A stretch of DNA of 48,237 nucleotides from an uncultured Limnohabitans sp. (GTDB taxonomy: Bacteria; Pseudomonadota; Gammaproteobacteria; Burkholderiales; Burkholderiaceae_C). Numbering within the stretch: the stretch's first letter is position 1; each line of letters opens with the position of its first letter. A model generated the notes under the pieces. It was not told the origin of the DNA and ran no database searches. It saw nothing but the letters and a program-made list of their open reading frames with translations. Shown here in pieces: positions 1-10,205 of this stretch. The translations under genes were made by a program, and so were the position numbers. The stretch spans positions 1 through 48,237 of the forward strand of contig CAZPTM010000001.1 of the NCBI GenBank assembly GCA_964589665.1, given 5' to 3'.

Positions 1-1
1 C

Positions 2-421
2 GAATCGCCAACGCTGCACGCCTATGGCTGCGTGGCGCACTTGCGCGAGTTCCAGCCGGTGCAGGCCAATTTCTTCAAAGTGGTGGCGCAAGGCGGGCTG
101 CGATTTCGGTTGGTCGATGTGCAACCGGGGCCGCTGGGCGTGTGGCAAGGCCAAGTGCAATACCTGCCCGCCGACCCCGAGGTGAGCTTGCCCGCCCCCT
201 ACCAGCACCTGGCGGATCACCTGGGCCGCTACATCGCCGAGGCGCAACGCCAAGGCGTTGGTGATCAGCTGCCGTTTTATGCGCCCTACGTGCTGGACCA
301 GTGCGGGTGGGTTGCCAATCGTTATGCGCAATCCCTGCCCATCAGTGGCGAGCGGCAAATTGAGTTGCTGCAGGAGCTGGACCCGGTGCGGCGGTTAGAG
401 GCTGTGGCGGGGTTGATGTGA
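2..421 (+). CDS. LON peptidase substrate-binding (N-terminal) domain protein, 5'-truncated by window edge
   Basis: Frame open from nt 2 (ESPTLHAYGCVAH...); G..RFRL, GVWQGQV and CGWVANRYAQSLP...LL..LDPVRRL resemble stand-alone Lon N-domain proteins. Confidence 0.75.
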   Translation, partial: ESPTLHAYGCVAHLREFQPVQANFFKVVAQGGLRFRLVDVQPGPLGVWQGQVQYLPADPEVSLPAPYQHLADHLGRYIAEAQRQGVGDQLPFYAPYVLDQCGWVANRYAQSLPISGERQIELLQELDPVRRLEAVAGLM

Positions 422-950
422 GGGTGAGCCTTTCATTGCTGATGTGAAATTTTTACGATGACTAAGAAAAATTCAAATGTATTTTTAGATTTTTACCAAT
501 TCGCACTGACTTCTTCAGTTGCATATTTTGCGCGGCCTGGGCGAGCTCACCATGGATCGCGTCACGGCTCAATTAGAAGACGCTCATGCTTTGATTGCAC
601 CCGACGCGATTCGAGCCCTGAAGCCTCTTGCTTCCTCCCAAGAGAATGAATCCAATTGCTATGCAATGACCCGCTTTGCCGACCACCAAGGGTTGACTGA
701 TTCGCCAACGCCGATGGACATGACGGTGTCATCACGCACTTCATTCTGAGTCAACGGCCCTTAGTTTGGGTTTTCATCAATCAGTCAATATTCAGCTCAT
801 CACGCCATGGTGATCAACGAGTTTTACGGCGTCAATATGCTGCTACTGGATCAAATTGGCATCTCCCTACCATTTGCTGGCGCTACGCCGCACAGTGGCA
901 AGCCACGACTTTCAGTTGTCAACTGGCTAAACGAGTCTGGGGCAGCTTGT

Positions 951-2705
951 TCAGCGATTAGCGGCATTAAATTGCAAAGCCGCCAGACTGGCATAAAGAC
1001 CACCACGGCTCATGAGATCAATGTGCGTGCCCAGTTCTATCAGTCGACCTTGGTCTAACACCCAGATCTCGTCGGCGCGCTGCACTGTTGCCAGGCGGTG
1101 TGCAATGACGAGTGTGGTTCGACCCTCCATGGCTTGTTCCAATGCGGCTTGTACCATCTGTTCGCTCTGTGCATCCAGTGCGCTGGTGGCCTCATCAAGT
1201 AGCAACAAAGGTGCATTCTTTAGGATGGCTCGTGCAATGGCGATGCGTTGACGCTGGCCGCCTGAAAGCCTCACACCTCGGTCACCCAGTTCGGTTTCGT
1301 AGCCTTGAGGTAGGGCCTTAATGAACTCGTCAGCATAGGCTGCAACAGCCGCCGCATGGACATCCTCCATGCTGGCTTCTGGACGGCCATAACGGATGTT
1401 GTCAATCACATTACCAGTGAAGACAACCGGCGTTTGTGGAACGATGGCAATGCGCTCCCGCAACGTTTTCAACGACATTTCTGCAATTGGCATGTCATCC
1501 ATCTCGATGCGCCCCAACTGCGGATCGTGAAAGCGCATCAACAGATCAAACAAAGTGGTCTTGCCGGCTCCACTGGGGCCTACGATGGCCACCGTCTTTC
1601 CAACAGCAATCTCGCCAGATAGCCCATCGATTGCCCAAGTTCCTGGACGAGAGTTGTAATGAAAGCCCACCCCCTGAAATCGCAGATTTGTACCGCCAGC
1701 ATGCCAAACAGGCTGGAGTGGTTCTGTGGCCTCTTCCACCACAGAACGAGCATGCAAAAGTTCCATCAACCGCTCAGTGGCACCTGCAGCTCTCAACACA
1801 TCGCCGTACACCTCTCCCAGCATTGCAAAAGAACTGGCCAGCAAAATCACATAGAACACAGTCTGCCCCAACTCGCCAGGACTTGTGCTGCCAGCGCGCA
1901 CAGCCAGTGTGCCCATGTAAAGGCCCCAGAGCAATACAGCGCTGGTGGTCATGATGACGAAGCAAACCAGAAAGGCACGCGCACGGATACGGCGAAGTGC
2001 TGTAGCAAGCGCCTTTAAAGTAGCATCGACAAAGCGCTTGGCCTCTCGCTGCTCGGCGGTATAGCTCTGCACCACATGAATCGCATTAAGCACCTCGCCA
2101 GCCAACGCGCTTGAGTCAGCGACTCGATCCTGGGTCGCACGTGAAAGTCGACGCACCCGACGACCCAAAGTGACTGCGGGCAGTATGACGACGACCAACA
2201 CCGCAAGCACCTGCAGCATGAGCATCGTGTTTGTCCACACCAACATGACCATGGCGCCTATGCCCATCACAAGATTGCGTAGACCCATTGACAAAGAGGA
2301 ACCCACCACGGTCTGAACCAAGGTGATGTCATTGGTCAAACGCGAAGTCACCTCGCCGGATTGCGTAGTTTCAAAAAAGGCTGGACTTTGCTGTAACACA
2401 TGGCAGTAGACAGCATTGCGCACATCGGTGGTGATTCGTTCGCCCAACCAACTGACCGTGTAATACCTTGCAGCGGAGAAAACCGCCAATGCCAAAGCCA
2501 CACCAAACAGCCTTAGAAATCCCAAAGCAACATCAGTATCACTGGCGCTGCTGGGCAAGCCATCATCAATCAAACGCTTCAATGCCCATGGAAAAGCCAA
2601 TGTGGCACTTGCAGCCAGAACAAGAAACACCCCTGCCATCGACAATGCGAAGCGGTAGGGGGTCAGAAACGGGCGTAAGCCGGCAAGAGAAACAGGAGAA
2701 GCCAT
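951..2705 (-). CDS. ABC exporter, fused permease/ATPase (MsbA-related)
   Basis: N-terminal multi-TM domain; Walker A GPSGAGKTT, signature LSGGQRQR, Walker B LLLLDEAT, H-loop IAHRL. Confidence 0.92.
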   Translation of the reverse strand: MASPVSLAGLRPFLTPYRFALSMAGVFLVLAASATLAFPWALKRLIDDGLPSSASDTDVALGFLRLFGVALALAVFSAARYYTVSWLGERITTDVRNAVYCHVLQQSPAFFETTQSGEVTSRLTNDITLVQTVVGSSLSMGLRNLVMGIGAMVMLVWTNTMLMLQVLAVLVVVILPAVTLGRRVRRLSRATQDRVADSSALAGEVLNAIHVVQSYTAEQREAKRFVDATLKALATALRRIRARAFLVCFVIMTTSAVLLWGLYMGTLAVRAGSTSPGELGQTVFYVILLASSFAMLGEVYGDVLRAAGATERLMELLHARSVVEEATEPLQPVWHAGGTNLRFQGVGFHYNSRPGTWAIDGLSGEIAVGKTVAIVGPSGAGKTTLFDLLMRFHDPQLGRIEMDDMPIAEMSLKTLRERIAIVPQTPVVFTGNVIDNIRYGRPEASMEDVHAAAVAAYADEFIKALPQGYETELGDRGVRLSGGQRQRIAIARAILKNAPLLLLDEATSALDAQSEQMVQAALEQAMEGRTTLVIAHRLATVQRADEIWVLDQGRLIELGTHIDLMSRGGLYASLAALQFNAANR

Positions 2706-2734
2706 TTGCGCAAGGATAAACGGATCAGGCCAGA

Positions 2735-4045
2735 TTAGCCTGCAGCAGCGTTGAGGCCCCCTCTTCGCTGGCTTCGTCCAGCATCGCGGGTGTTAGCACT
2801 CAAGGCCTTATGAACGGCTTGTTCCATGATCTCTCGCTCGTGGGGACAGGCCGAATTGAGACTGTGTAAAAAACCATGCAAGAGCTTGTGTCGCATGCGA
2901 TGCGATAACAAATTGAGTGTCTCTTCTACCGTAGCCCCTCTAGCCACCTCATGCAAGGCCCGCTGAAATTCGACATCGTGAATCTGCTGGGCATGCCCAA
3001 GTAACTGCTGAATGACGGGAACCTGTCTGCGCTGCTGCAGCCAGCTTTCAAATCGCACCACACCATCGGCTACGATGCGCTCGGCATTTTCGCTTGCTTG
3101 CTGGCGATGGGCTACACCGGCTTGCACCACCTGTGCCAAGTCGTCAATGCTGTAGAGGAAGACATCGTTCAATTGACCCACCTGCGGCTCTATGTCGCGC
3201 GGTACGGCCAGATCCAGCATGAACATAGGTCGAGACATTCGCTTCTGCAAGGCCGCTCGAACAGCACCCAGACCGATGATGGGCAAAGCGCTCCCCGTGC
3301 AGCTGATGATGACGTCGTATTCTTGGATTCGTTGCGGTAATTCAGAAAGCGCCATATCCTCCGCAGAAAAGCGTTGCGCCAGGGCGCTACGCCGCTCCAA
3401 TGAACGATTACAAATTGTCATGCGCAGTGGCTGTTGCGCATGGAAATGCGCCGCACACAACTCGATCATTTAGCCCGCGCCCACCAAGAGTACGTTGACC
3501 GACTTCAAATCCTCAAACAATCGCGTGGCGAGCTTGACCGCCGCAGCGGCCATGCTGATGGACTGCGAACCAATCTCGGTGCGACTCCTGACCTGTTTGG
3601 CCACGGTGAATGAATGCTGGAACAGTTGGTTGAGGGTTTTACCCAGCGTCCCCTGCTCGTGAGCGAGGCGCACAGCGGCTTTGACTTGACCAAGAATCTG
3701 GGGCTCACCCAGCACCATGGAGTCCAAGCCACTGGCCACACGAAACGCATGGTGTGCGGCCTCGGCACCCGACTTGGCATATACGTGCTCTTGCAGCACC
3801 GTGAGCGTGGTCTGCCCCAGTCGTGCCATCCACTCCAATAAGGGCAGACGCATATCCATGAATCCCGCAGCGTAAATCTCCGTGCGGTTGCAGGTCGACA
3901 GCACAGCCACCTCGAGTTGGGGGTCGATGCGCTTGCGCAATTCATTCAAGGCCTCGCAGACCCCTGAGGTGTCCAGCGCAAAGCGCTCCCGAATGGACAC
4001 ATCAGCGGTTCGGTGGTTGAGCCCCATCGTCCAGACTTTCATCAC
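2735..4045 (-). pseudogene. hemA: Glutamyl-tRNA reductase interrupted by one in-frame TAA at 3470-3472 (nonsense mutation or sequencing error)
   Basis: GLNHRTA, catalytic STCNRTE, GEPQILGQV in ORF 3470-4045; DLAVPRDI in ORF 2735-3469; same frame, junction reads GGC TAA ATG where GAG-E-M is expected. Confidence 0.88.
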
Positions 4046-5940
4046 ACCACCCGCCTCAAACCTTTTGTTTCTCCCCCCTGGTGCGGCCAGCGTGCGTAAA
4101 TCGCTTGCAAGATACCTGCAGCATCTAGACCCAAGTCAGCCAGCACCTCGCCTGCATCGCCATGGTGGGTGAAAACATCCGGTAAACCCAAGCTTAAGAC
4201 CTCCACCTTATGCCCATTGTCATGCAGCCATTCCATGACTGCCGATCCAGCCCCACCCATGCGGGCGCCTTCTTCAACCACCACCCAGCGCGAATGCGTT
4301 GCGGCGAGTTTGCTGAGCATGTCTTGATCAAGGGGCTTAACCCATCGCATGTCTACCAGTGTGGCCTCAAGGGCTTGCGCAACCAGGCGTGCTGGCGTGA
4401 GCAGGCTACCGAAATTGAAGATCGCCAAATGTTGACCTTCGCGCAAGCGCCTGGCCCGCCCCACCTCGGCCAGTGCCTCCTCGGTGCTGGGCAATGTCAT
4501 GTCCACAGTTGCACCCGGTCCGCTGCCACGGGGGTAACGCACTGCGGCGGGCTGCGACAAGGCATAAGCCGAGCTCAGAAGCAAGCGGCATTCGGCTTCG
4601 TCTGAAGGGCAGGCGATAGCAAGGTTGGGAACGCAACGCAAAAATGGTATGTCGAAAGCGCCTGCATGGGTTGCACCATCGGCTCCTACGACGCCGGCAC
4701 GATCTAAGGCCAGCACCACAGGCAGGTTTTGTATGGCCACATCATGGATGAGTTGGTCGTAGCCACGTTGCAAGAAGGTGGAATAAATCGCTACCACGGG
4801 CTTCATGCCCTCACACGCCAGTCCAGCTGCTAGGGTGATCGAATGCTGCTCGGCAATGCCCACATCCACATAGCGGTCGGGATAGAGTTTGCTGTATGCC
4901 ACCAAGCCGGAGCCTTCTCGCATGGCTGGCGTGATGGCCACCAGGCGTTCGTCGTGCTGCGCCATGTCACACAGCCACTGGCCAAACACCTGAGTGTAGG
5001 TGAGGGGCGCGGGCTTGCTGGACTTCACCACCCCCACGGCAGGATCAAAGGGACCTGGCCCGTGGTACGTGATGGGATCGCGCTCAGCGGGCGCGTAGCC
5101 CTTGCCCTTGGTGGTCACGACATGAACAAAATGCGGCCCCTTGGCATCCTTGAGGTTTTCGAAGCAGTTCACCAAGGCCACAACATCATGGCCATCGACG
5201 GGGCCGTGGTAATTCAGGCCCAGCTTGGCAAACAGGGTCTCTTGTTCCACCAGACGGCGCGCACCTTTTTCAAAATGTTCAGCCAATTCAAACAAGGGGG
5301 TGAGCGTGGTCTTGACCCATTCAGGCGATTGAGGCTTGAGCGCCTCGTAATAGCGCCCCTGCATGATGCGCGAGAGGTATTGATTCATCGACCCCACGGG
5401 CGGGCTGATGGACATGTCGTTGTCGTTGAGGACGATCATCACGTCCTCCAAGCCTTGTCCTGCGTGGTTCATCGCCTCATAGGCCAGACCTGCACTGAGG
5501 GCACCGTCGCCAATCACAGCCACCACCCGGCGCTTTTGGCCTTGTAGCCTAGCCGCCATGGCCATGCCCAGTGCCGCCGAGATGCTGGTCGATGAGTGCG
5601 CCGTGCCAAATGCATCGAACTCGCTCTCCGAGCGAGAGGGGAAGCCCGACAGCCCGCCCTTTTTCCGCAGGGTGGGCATGCGGTGCAGGCGCTCGGTGAG
5701 GATTTTGTGGGGATAGCTCTGGTGACCCACGTCCCAGATGAGGCGGTCGTGCGGCGTATCGAACACCCGGTGCAAGGCCAGGGTCAATTCCACTGTGCCC
5801 AGATTGGCGCTCAGGTGGCCGCCCGTTTTGGCCACGCTCTGCAGCACTTGCTCGCGCAACGCCACGGCCACGTCGGGCAACTGGGCCAAAGGCAGGTGCC
5901 TCAATGCACTGAGGTTGGGGATTTGGACAGGCCTGGGCAT
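4042..5940 (-). CDS. dxs: 1-deoxy-D-xylulose-5-phosphate synthase
   Basis: [19 protein letters not shown], ThDP motif GDGA...NDN, IAEQH, DRAG.VG.DG.TH. Confidence 0.97.
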   Translation of the reverse strand: MPRPVQIPNLSALRHLPLAQLPDVAVALREQVLQSVAKTGGHLSANLGTVELTLALHRVFDTPHDRLIWDVGHQSYPHKILTERLHRMPTLRKKGGLSGFPSRSESEFDAFGTAHSSTSISAALGMAMAARLQGQKRRVVAVIGDGALSAGLAYEAMNHAGQGLEDVMIVLNDNDMSISPPVGSMNQYLSRIMQGRYYEALKPQSPEWVKTTLTPLFELAEHFEKGARRLVEQETLFAKLGLNYHGPVDGHDVVALVNCFENLKDAKGPHFVHVVTTKGKGYAPAERDPITYHGPGPFDPAVGVVKSSKPAPLTYTQVFGQWLCDMAQHDERLVAITPAMREGSGLVAYSKLYPDRYVDVGIAEQHSITLAAGLACEGMKPVVAIYSTFLQRGYDQLIHDVAIQNLPVVLALDRAGVVGADGATHAGAFDIPFLRCVPNLAIACPSDEAECRLLLSSAYALSQPAAVRYPRGSGPGATVDMTLPSTEEALAEVGRARRLREGQHLAIFNFGSLLTPARLVAQALEATLVDMRWVKPLDQDMLSKLAATHSRWVVVEEGARMGGAGSAVMEWLHDNGHKVEVLSLGLPDVFTHHGDAGEVLADLGLDAAGILQAIYARWPHQGGETKGLRRVV

Positions 5941-5994
5941 GGTGAAGAGCTCCGCAAGCGGGTGTTTGGATCAATGTACCGATTTTTGACAATT

Positions 5995-6012
5995 TGTCAA
6001 TTCATGTTGACA
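5995..6012. promoter_or_regulatory. PpsR/CrtJ operator TGTCAATTCATGTTGACA between divergent dxs and bciB
   Basis: Exact TGT-N12-ACA with extended TGTCAA-N6-TTGACA symmetry; each arm reads TTGACA on one strand. Confidence 0.85.
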
Positions 6013-6047
6013 CTTTAAAGTGTCCCAAAGAATAATGTACCCACATC

Positions 6048-7283
6048 ATGGCGACCGAGACCTTGTCCCCACCCCCCCACCGCGCCCTGTGCACGGACTG
6101 TGGGATTTCACGCACCAGCGCGCCAGACCGTTGCGCTCAGGCCTGCCAATTCATCCAGCCCGACCATGCTGGGGCAGAGGCCAGGGTGCATGGACGCGCC
6201 CGCCACCTGCGAGGCGACGAGGCGTTTTTCGGTCCCTATCAGTCGCTCTGGCGGGCGCGCATGCGCGAACCGGCCCAAGGCGCGCAATGGACGGGCATCA
6301 CCACCTCGCTCGCGCGAGCCCTGCTCGAAGCGGGCAAGGTGGACGCCGTGCTCACCATGGCCCCCGACCCGGATGACCGCTGGCGCCCCCATCCGGTGGT
6401 CGTCACCCGCCCCGAGGACTTGGACCGCTGCCGGGGCATGCGCATGGGCTTTGCGCCCTTGCTCTCGCTGGTGGAGCCCGCCTTGGCGCGTGGCCTCAAG
6501 CGATTGGTAGTCATCGCCATACCCTGCCAGGTCTATCCCCTGCGCATGCTGGAGACCGAATGGCGAAAAGATCATGGCCTTGAATCCTTGTATGTGATTG
6601 GCACGCCCTGTTCTGACAACACCACCACCGAGCGCTTCCACGAATTCCTAGCGCTCATTGCTCCCGACCCCAAGGCGGTGGAATACCTGGAATTCCGACC
6701 TGACTACAAGGTGGAGATACGTGAGGGGCAAGGCCGTGTGCGCACCGTCCCCTTCCTCAACCTGCCTCTGTCCAGGTTGCCCGCCGACTTTTTCCCCGTG
6801 ACCTGCCGCACCTGTGTGGACTACACGAATTCGCTCGCCGACATCACCGTGGGCTACATGGGCGGCTCGGGTCAGCAATGGGTGCTGGTTCGAAATGCCC
6901 GGGGGCAAGAGATGCTCGATGGCCTGCAAGATCGCGTGGTTTTGCAAGCGGCCACCAGCGCAGGCCAGCGCAAGGGCGCGGTCAAAGGGTTTTTGAACAA
7001 CACCCTGCGTGCGGCTGGTGGCTTGCCCCTGCGCCGCACACCCGCGTGGCTGCGTCCACTGGTCAATTGGCTCATGCCCAAAATCGGTCCGCGCGGCCTG
7101 GAGTTCGCCCGCGCCCGTGTCGAGATGAAGGCCATCGAATCGGTGGTGCATTTGCGCCATTCGCACCCCGCGCGGGTCAAGCACATGGTGCCCACCCATG
7201 TCTGGCAACTGGTCAAGCCCTATGGCCTGGAGCGCCAGCCCCAAGAATCCCCCGCATCCTCACCCCTTGGGGATGCCCGCTGA
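6048..7283 (+). CDS. bciB: Ferredoxin-dependent 8-vinyl (divinyl chlorophyllide) reductase, F420 hydrogenase beta family
   Basis: CTDCG.SR...C..ACQF, GAQWTGITT, IPCQV, GTPCSDN, CRTCVDYTN.LADITVGYMGG, GPRGLEFAR. Confidence 0.9.
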   Translation: MATETLSPPPHRALCTDCGISRTSAPDRCAQACQFIQPDHAGAEARVHGRARHLRGDEAFFGPYQSLWRARMREPAQGAQWTGITTSLARALLEAGKVDAVLTMAPDPDDRWRPHPVVVTRPEDLDRCRGMRMGFAPLLSLVEPALARGLKRLVVIAIPCQVYPLRMLETEWRKDHGLESLYVIGTPCSDNTTTERFHEFLALIAPDPKAVEYLEFRPDYKVEIREGQGRVRTVPFLNLPLSRLPADFFPVTCRTCVDYTNSLADITVGYMGGSGQQWVLVRNARGQEMLDGLQDRVVLQAATSAGQRKGAVKGFLNNTLRAAGGLPLRRTPAWLRPLVNWLMPKIGPRGLEFARARVEMKAIESVVHLRHSHPARVKHMVPTHVWQLVKPYGLERQPQESPASSPLGDAR

Positions 7284-7301
7284 CCGACGACAGGAGTAGT
7301 C

Positions 7302-8336
7302 ATGTCCCAGAGTTATCCGTTTGCCGCCATCGTGGGACAGGACGATTTGTTGCTGGCCATTCAATTGGTGGCGATCGACCCCAGCATTGGCGGCGTGCTG
7401 GCCATGGGTGACCGGGGCACTGGCAAGTCGACCGCCGTGCGAGCCTTGGCCGATTTGCTGCCACCGCTGGCTGTTGTGCCCGACTGCCCCTATGGCTGCG
7501 ACCCCAGTACCCTGAGCAACAAAGCCTGCAGCTACTGCCAGACCCATGCCGCACCGGCGGGCAAATCCAAGGCGCGCAAAGTGATGAAGCCCGTGCCCGT
7601 AGTGGACCTGCCGCTGGGAGCGACCGAAGACCGCGTGCTGGGCTCACTCGATCTGGACAAGGCTTTGCGCCAGGGTGAGCGGGCTTTTGCGCCTGGCTTG
7701 CTGGCGCAGGCCCACCGAGGCTTTCTCTACATCGACGAGGTCAACCTGCTCGAAGACCACCTGGTGGACCTGTTGATCGACGTGGCCGCATCGGGTGAGA
7801 ACCGCGTCGAACGCGATGGCCTGAGCGTGCGCCATCCGGCTCGCTTTGTGCTGGTGGGCAGCGGCAACCCCGAAGAGGGCGAGCTGCGCCCCCAGTTGCT
7901 CGACCGCTTTGGTTTGTCGGTGGACGTCAAAACCCCACAGGACATTGGCCTGCGCGTGGAAGTCATCAAACGCCGCGACGCTTTTGAGCGAAACCCCGAG
8001 GGCTTTCGCGCCGCCTGGCAATCCGCAACCGAGCTTCAGCAGCGGCGCATCGTCAAAGCCCGCAAGGCGCTCGAGCAAGTCGAGCTGAGCGATGCCATGT
8101 TGGGGCAATGCGCCAGCTTGTGCCAGCGTCTGGGTACCGACGGCTTGCGTGCCGAGTTGACCCTTGCGCGCGCCAGCCGCTGCCTCGCTGCATTGCAAGG
8201 ACAGCGCAAAGTGGATGTCTCACACCTGCGCCGGGTAGCCACCATGGCCCTGCGCCACCGGCTGCGCCGCAACCCGTTGGACGACACCGACAACAGCCAA
8301 CGCGTGCAACGCGCTGCACAGGAGGTTTGGGGGTGA
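7302..8336 (+). CDS. bchI: Magnesium chelatase ATPase subunit I
   Basis: YPFAAIVGQ, Walker A GDRGTGKS, YIDEVNLLEDHLVD, NPEEGELRPQLLDRFG. Confidence 0.97.
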   Translation: MSQSYPFAAIVGQDDLLLAIQLVAIDPSIGGVLAMGDRGTGKSTAVRALADLLPPLAVVPDCPYGCDPSTLSNKACSYCQTHAAPAGKSKARKVMKPVPVVDLPLGATEDRVLGSLDLDKALRQGERAFAPGLLAQAHRGFLYIDEVNLLEDHLVDLLIDVAASGENRVERDGLSVRHPARFVLVGSGNPEEGELRPQLLDRFGLSVDVKTPQDIGLRVEVIKRRDAFERNPEGFRAAWQSATELQQRRIVKARKALEQVELSDAMLGQCASLCQRLGTDGLRAELTLARASRCLAALQGQRKVDVSHLRRVATMALRHRLRRNPLDDTDNSQRVQRAAQEVWG

Positions 8337-10201
8337 ACCCCTTGAGCGCCCAGTCCAACGCAACGCCCCAGCAAGCCGCTTGGGCACTGGCCGAACGCGT
8401 GGTGCACCTCCTGCAAATCGACGCTCATGCGCTCGGTGGCCTGTGGCTTCGCGCTGCCCATGGCCCTGTTCGCAGCACCTGGCTAGACGCCCTCGACCAG
8501 GCCTTTGACCCGCTGGTCAAGCTGCCTCTCAATGTGGATGCTCCCGCTTTGCAAGGCGGCATCGACCTGAGCCTGAGTCTGCGCGAGGGCCGCGTGACGT
8601 GGCAGCGCGGTGTCCTGGAACGTGCCGATGGGGGCATGCTGGTCTTGCCCATGGCCGAGCGCGCCCCCAGCGTCTTGTGCGCCAGCTTGGGGCAGTGCAT
8701 GGACACGCGCCGTGTGCACGCCCTGGGTGCACCAGCACCGCACAGCCACCCCAGCGCCCGCTGGGGCTTGGTGGCGCTTGACGAAGCTGACGACGACGAA
8801 CCCGGTTTGCACGCCGCGCTAGCCGATCGCCTGGCCTTCTGGCTGGACTTGCGCAGCCTCAGTTACTGGGATGCGCCCGCTTTTGAACATTTGCAACCTG
8901 ACGAGGTCCACACCGCCCAGGCTTTGCGCGCCCGCATTGCCTCTGACCCGGCGCGCATGCAGCGCCTGGGTCAAGCCGCTTGGGAACTGGGTATCGTCAG
9001 TGCACGTGCAAGCTGGCTAGCTTGGCAAGTGGCCGTGAGCCACGCGGCCTTGCTGGGACGCGACTACCTGAGCGACGAGGATGAATCCTTTGCCCTCATG
9101 GCCACGCTGTTGCCCCGCGCCACCCGCATGCCCGCACCGCCCCAAGAGGCGACATCACCGCCCGAGCCCTCGACGACCGAAGACGCGGCAGACCCCACCG
9201 AGCCGCCCTGTCCACCCGAGACCCACCACGCACCCGATGAAGAAACTACAAGGCCCGATCCCGAACCCCCGCCAGGCGACGGTGACGAGCAGACCTTAGC
9301 GGTGGATGAGGCGCTCGCTGCCCTGCCCGCTGACTTGTTGGCGAAATGCCTGGCCGCTGGCTGGACCTCACGCAGCCAGCGCGCCAGCGCCGCCGGTCAG
9401 GGCCAGCGCAGCCGCACCACAGGCGCCAGTGGCCGCCCTTTGCCCCCACGCGCAGGTCGCCCAAATGGGGGAGCGCGCCTGGACCTGCCCACCAGCCTGC
9501 GCCATGCGATTGCCCGCCAGCGACTGCGCACCCCAGACCTCACGCTCAAGCCAGGCCAAGCGCCTGACCGGATGCTCTGGCGCATGGAGGACTTGCATGT
9601 GCGACGCCGACAGCCCAGCGAACGCTGCTGCGTCATCTTGGCCGTGGATGCATCGGGCTCAACCGCCTTGCAGCGCCTAGCCCAAGCCAAAGGTGCAGTT
9701 TCTTTGTTGCTCGCGCAAAGCTATGTCCGCCGCGATGCCGTGTGCGTGGTGGGCTTTCGCGGCCGCGAAGCCGAATGCCTGTTGCCCGCCACTCGCTCGC
9801 TGGTGCGCGCCAAGCGTGTGCTCGCGGCCATGCCTGGAGGTGGCGGCACACCGATCGCCAGTGCGCTTGTCGAGTGCCTGCAACAAGCCCAACAACTGGG
9901 TCGTCAGGGACTGACCCCCTTACTGGTCGTGCTCAGCGACGGGCGGGCGAACGTGAGCCTGGAGGGCATTGGCGGGCGCGCTCAAGCGCACAGCGATGCC
10001 CTCGGACTTGCGCAGCGTGTGCGCCTCATGGGCGTCTCCAGCGTATGGGTAGACACCGCCCCGCAACCCGAGCCACTGGCCCAAGCCCTGAGCGACGCCA
10101 TGGGCGCGCGTTACCTGCCCATGCCCCAGGTGCGTGCCCAGCAACTTGCGCAGGTGATGCAGTCGGCCATGAGCGAAGCCCGCGTCAGCGCCATGGTCTG
10201 A
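8333..10201 (+). CDS. bchD: Magnesium chelatase subunit D (likely GTG start overlapping bchI stop)
   Basis: Degenerate AAA domain, Pro/acidic linker, VWA domain with DASGS MIDAS and GGGTP; follows bchI. Confidence 0.92.
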   Translation: MNPLSAQSNATPQQAAWALAERVVHLLQIDAHALGGLWLRAAHGPVRSTWLDALDQAFDPLVKLPLNVDAPALQGGIDLSLSLREGRVTWQRGVLERADGGMLVLPMAERAPSVLCASLGQCMDTRRVHALGAPAPHSHPSARWGLVALDEADDDEPGLHAALADRLAFWLDLRSLSYWDAPAFEHLQPDEVHTAQALRARIASDPARMQRLGQAAWELGIVSARASWLAWQVAVSHAALLGRDYLSDEDESFALMATLLPRATRMPAPPQEATSPPEPSTTEDAADPTEPPCPPETHHAPDEETTRPDPEPPPGDGDEQTLAVDEALAALPADLLAKCLAAGWTSRSQRASAAGQGQRSRTTGASGRPLPPRAGRPNGGARLDLPTSLRHAIARQRLRTPDLTLKPGQAPDRMLWRMEDLHVRRRQPSERCCVILAVDASGSTALQRLAQAKGAVSLLLAQSYVRRDAVCVVGFRGREAECLLPATRSLVRAKRVLAAMPGGGGTPIASALVECLQQAQQLGRQGLTPLLVVLSDGRANVSLEGIGGRAQAHSDALGLAQRVRLMGVSSVWVDTAPQPEPLAQALSDAMGARYLPMPQVRAQQLAQVMQSAMSEARVSAMV

Positions 10202-10205
10202 GGCC

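Noticed and set aside
458-1058. ORFs 458-649, 519-749, 562-744 and 807-1058 as genes
   Set aside because: No recognisable motif or RBS; 807-1058 runs antisense into the ABC gene; kept only as possible debris
5975-5991. TGT...ACA near the dxs promoter as a second full PpsR site
   Set aside because: Spacer is 11 nt, not 12; counted only as a half-site
8108-8332. Extended N-terminus of bchD in the ORF track
   Set aside because: Overlaps bchI by over 200 nt; GTG at 8333 gives normal coupling. The same artefact affects bchF, puhB, puhC, acsF, crtI and crtC
9125-9295. Pro/Glu/Thr-rich low-complexity tract
   Set aside because: Normal BchD proline/acidic linker, not a repeat element
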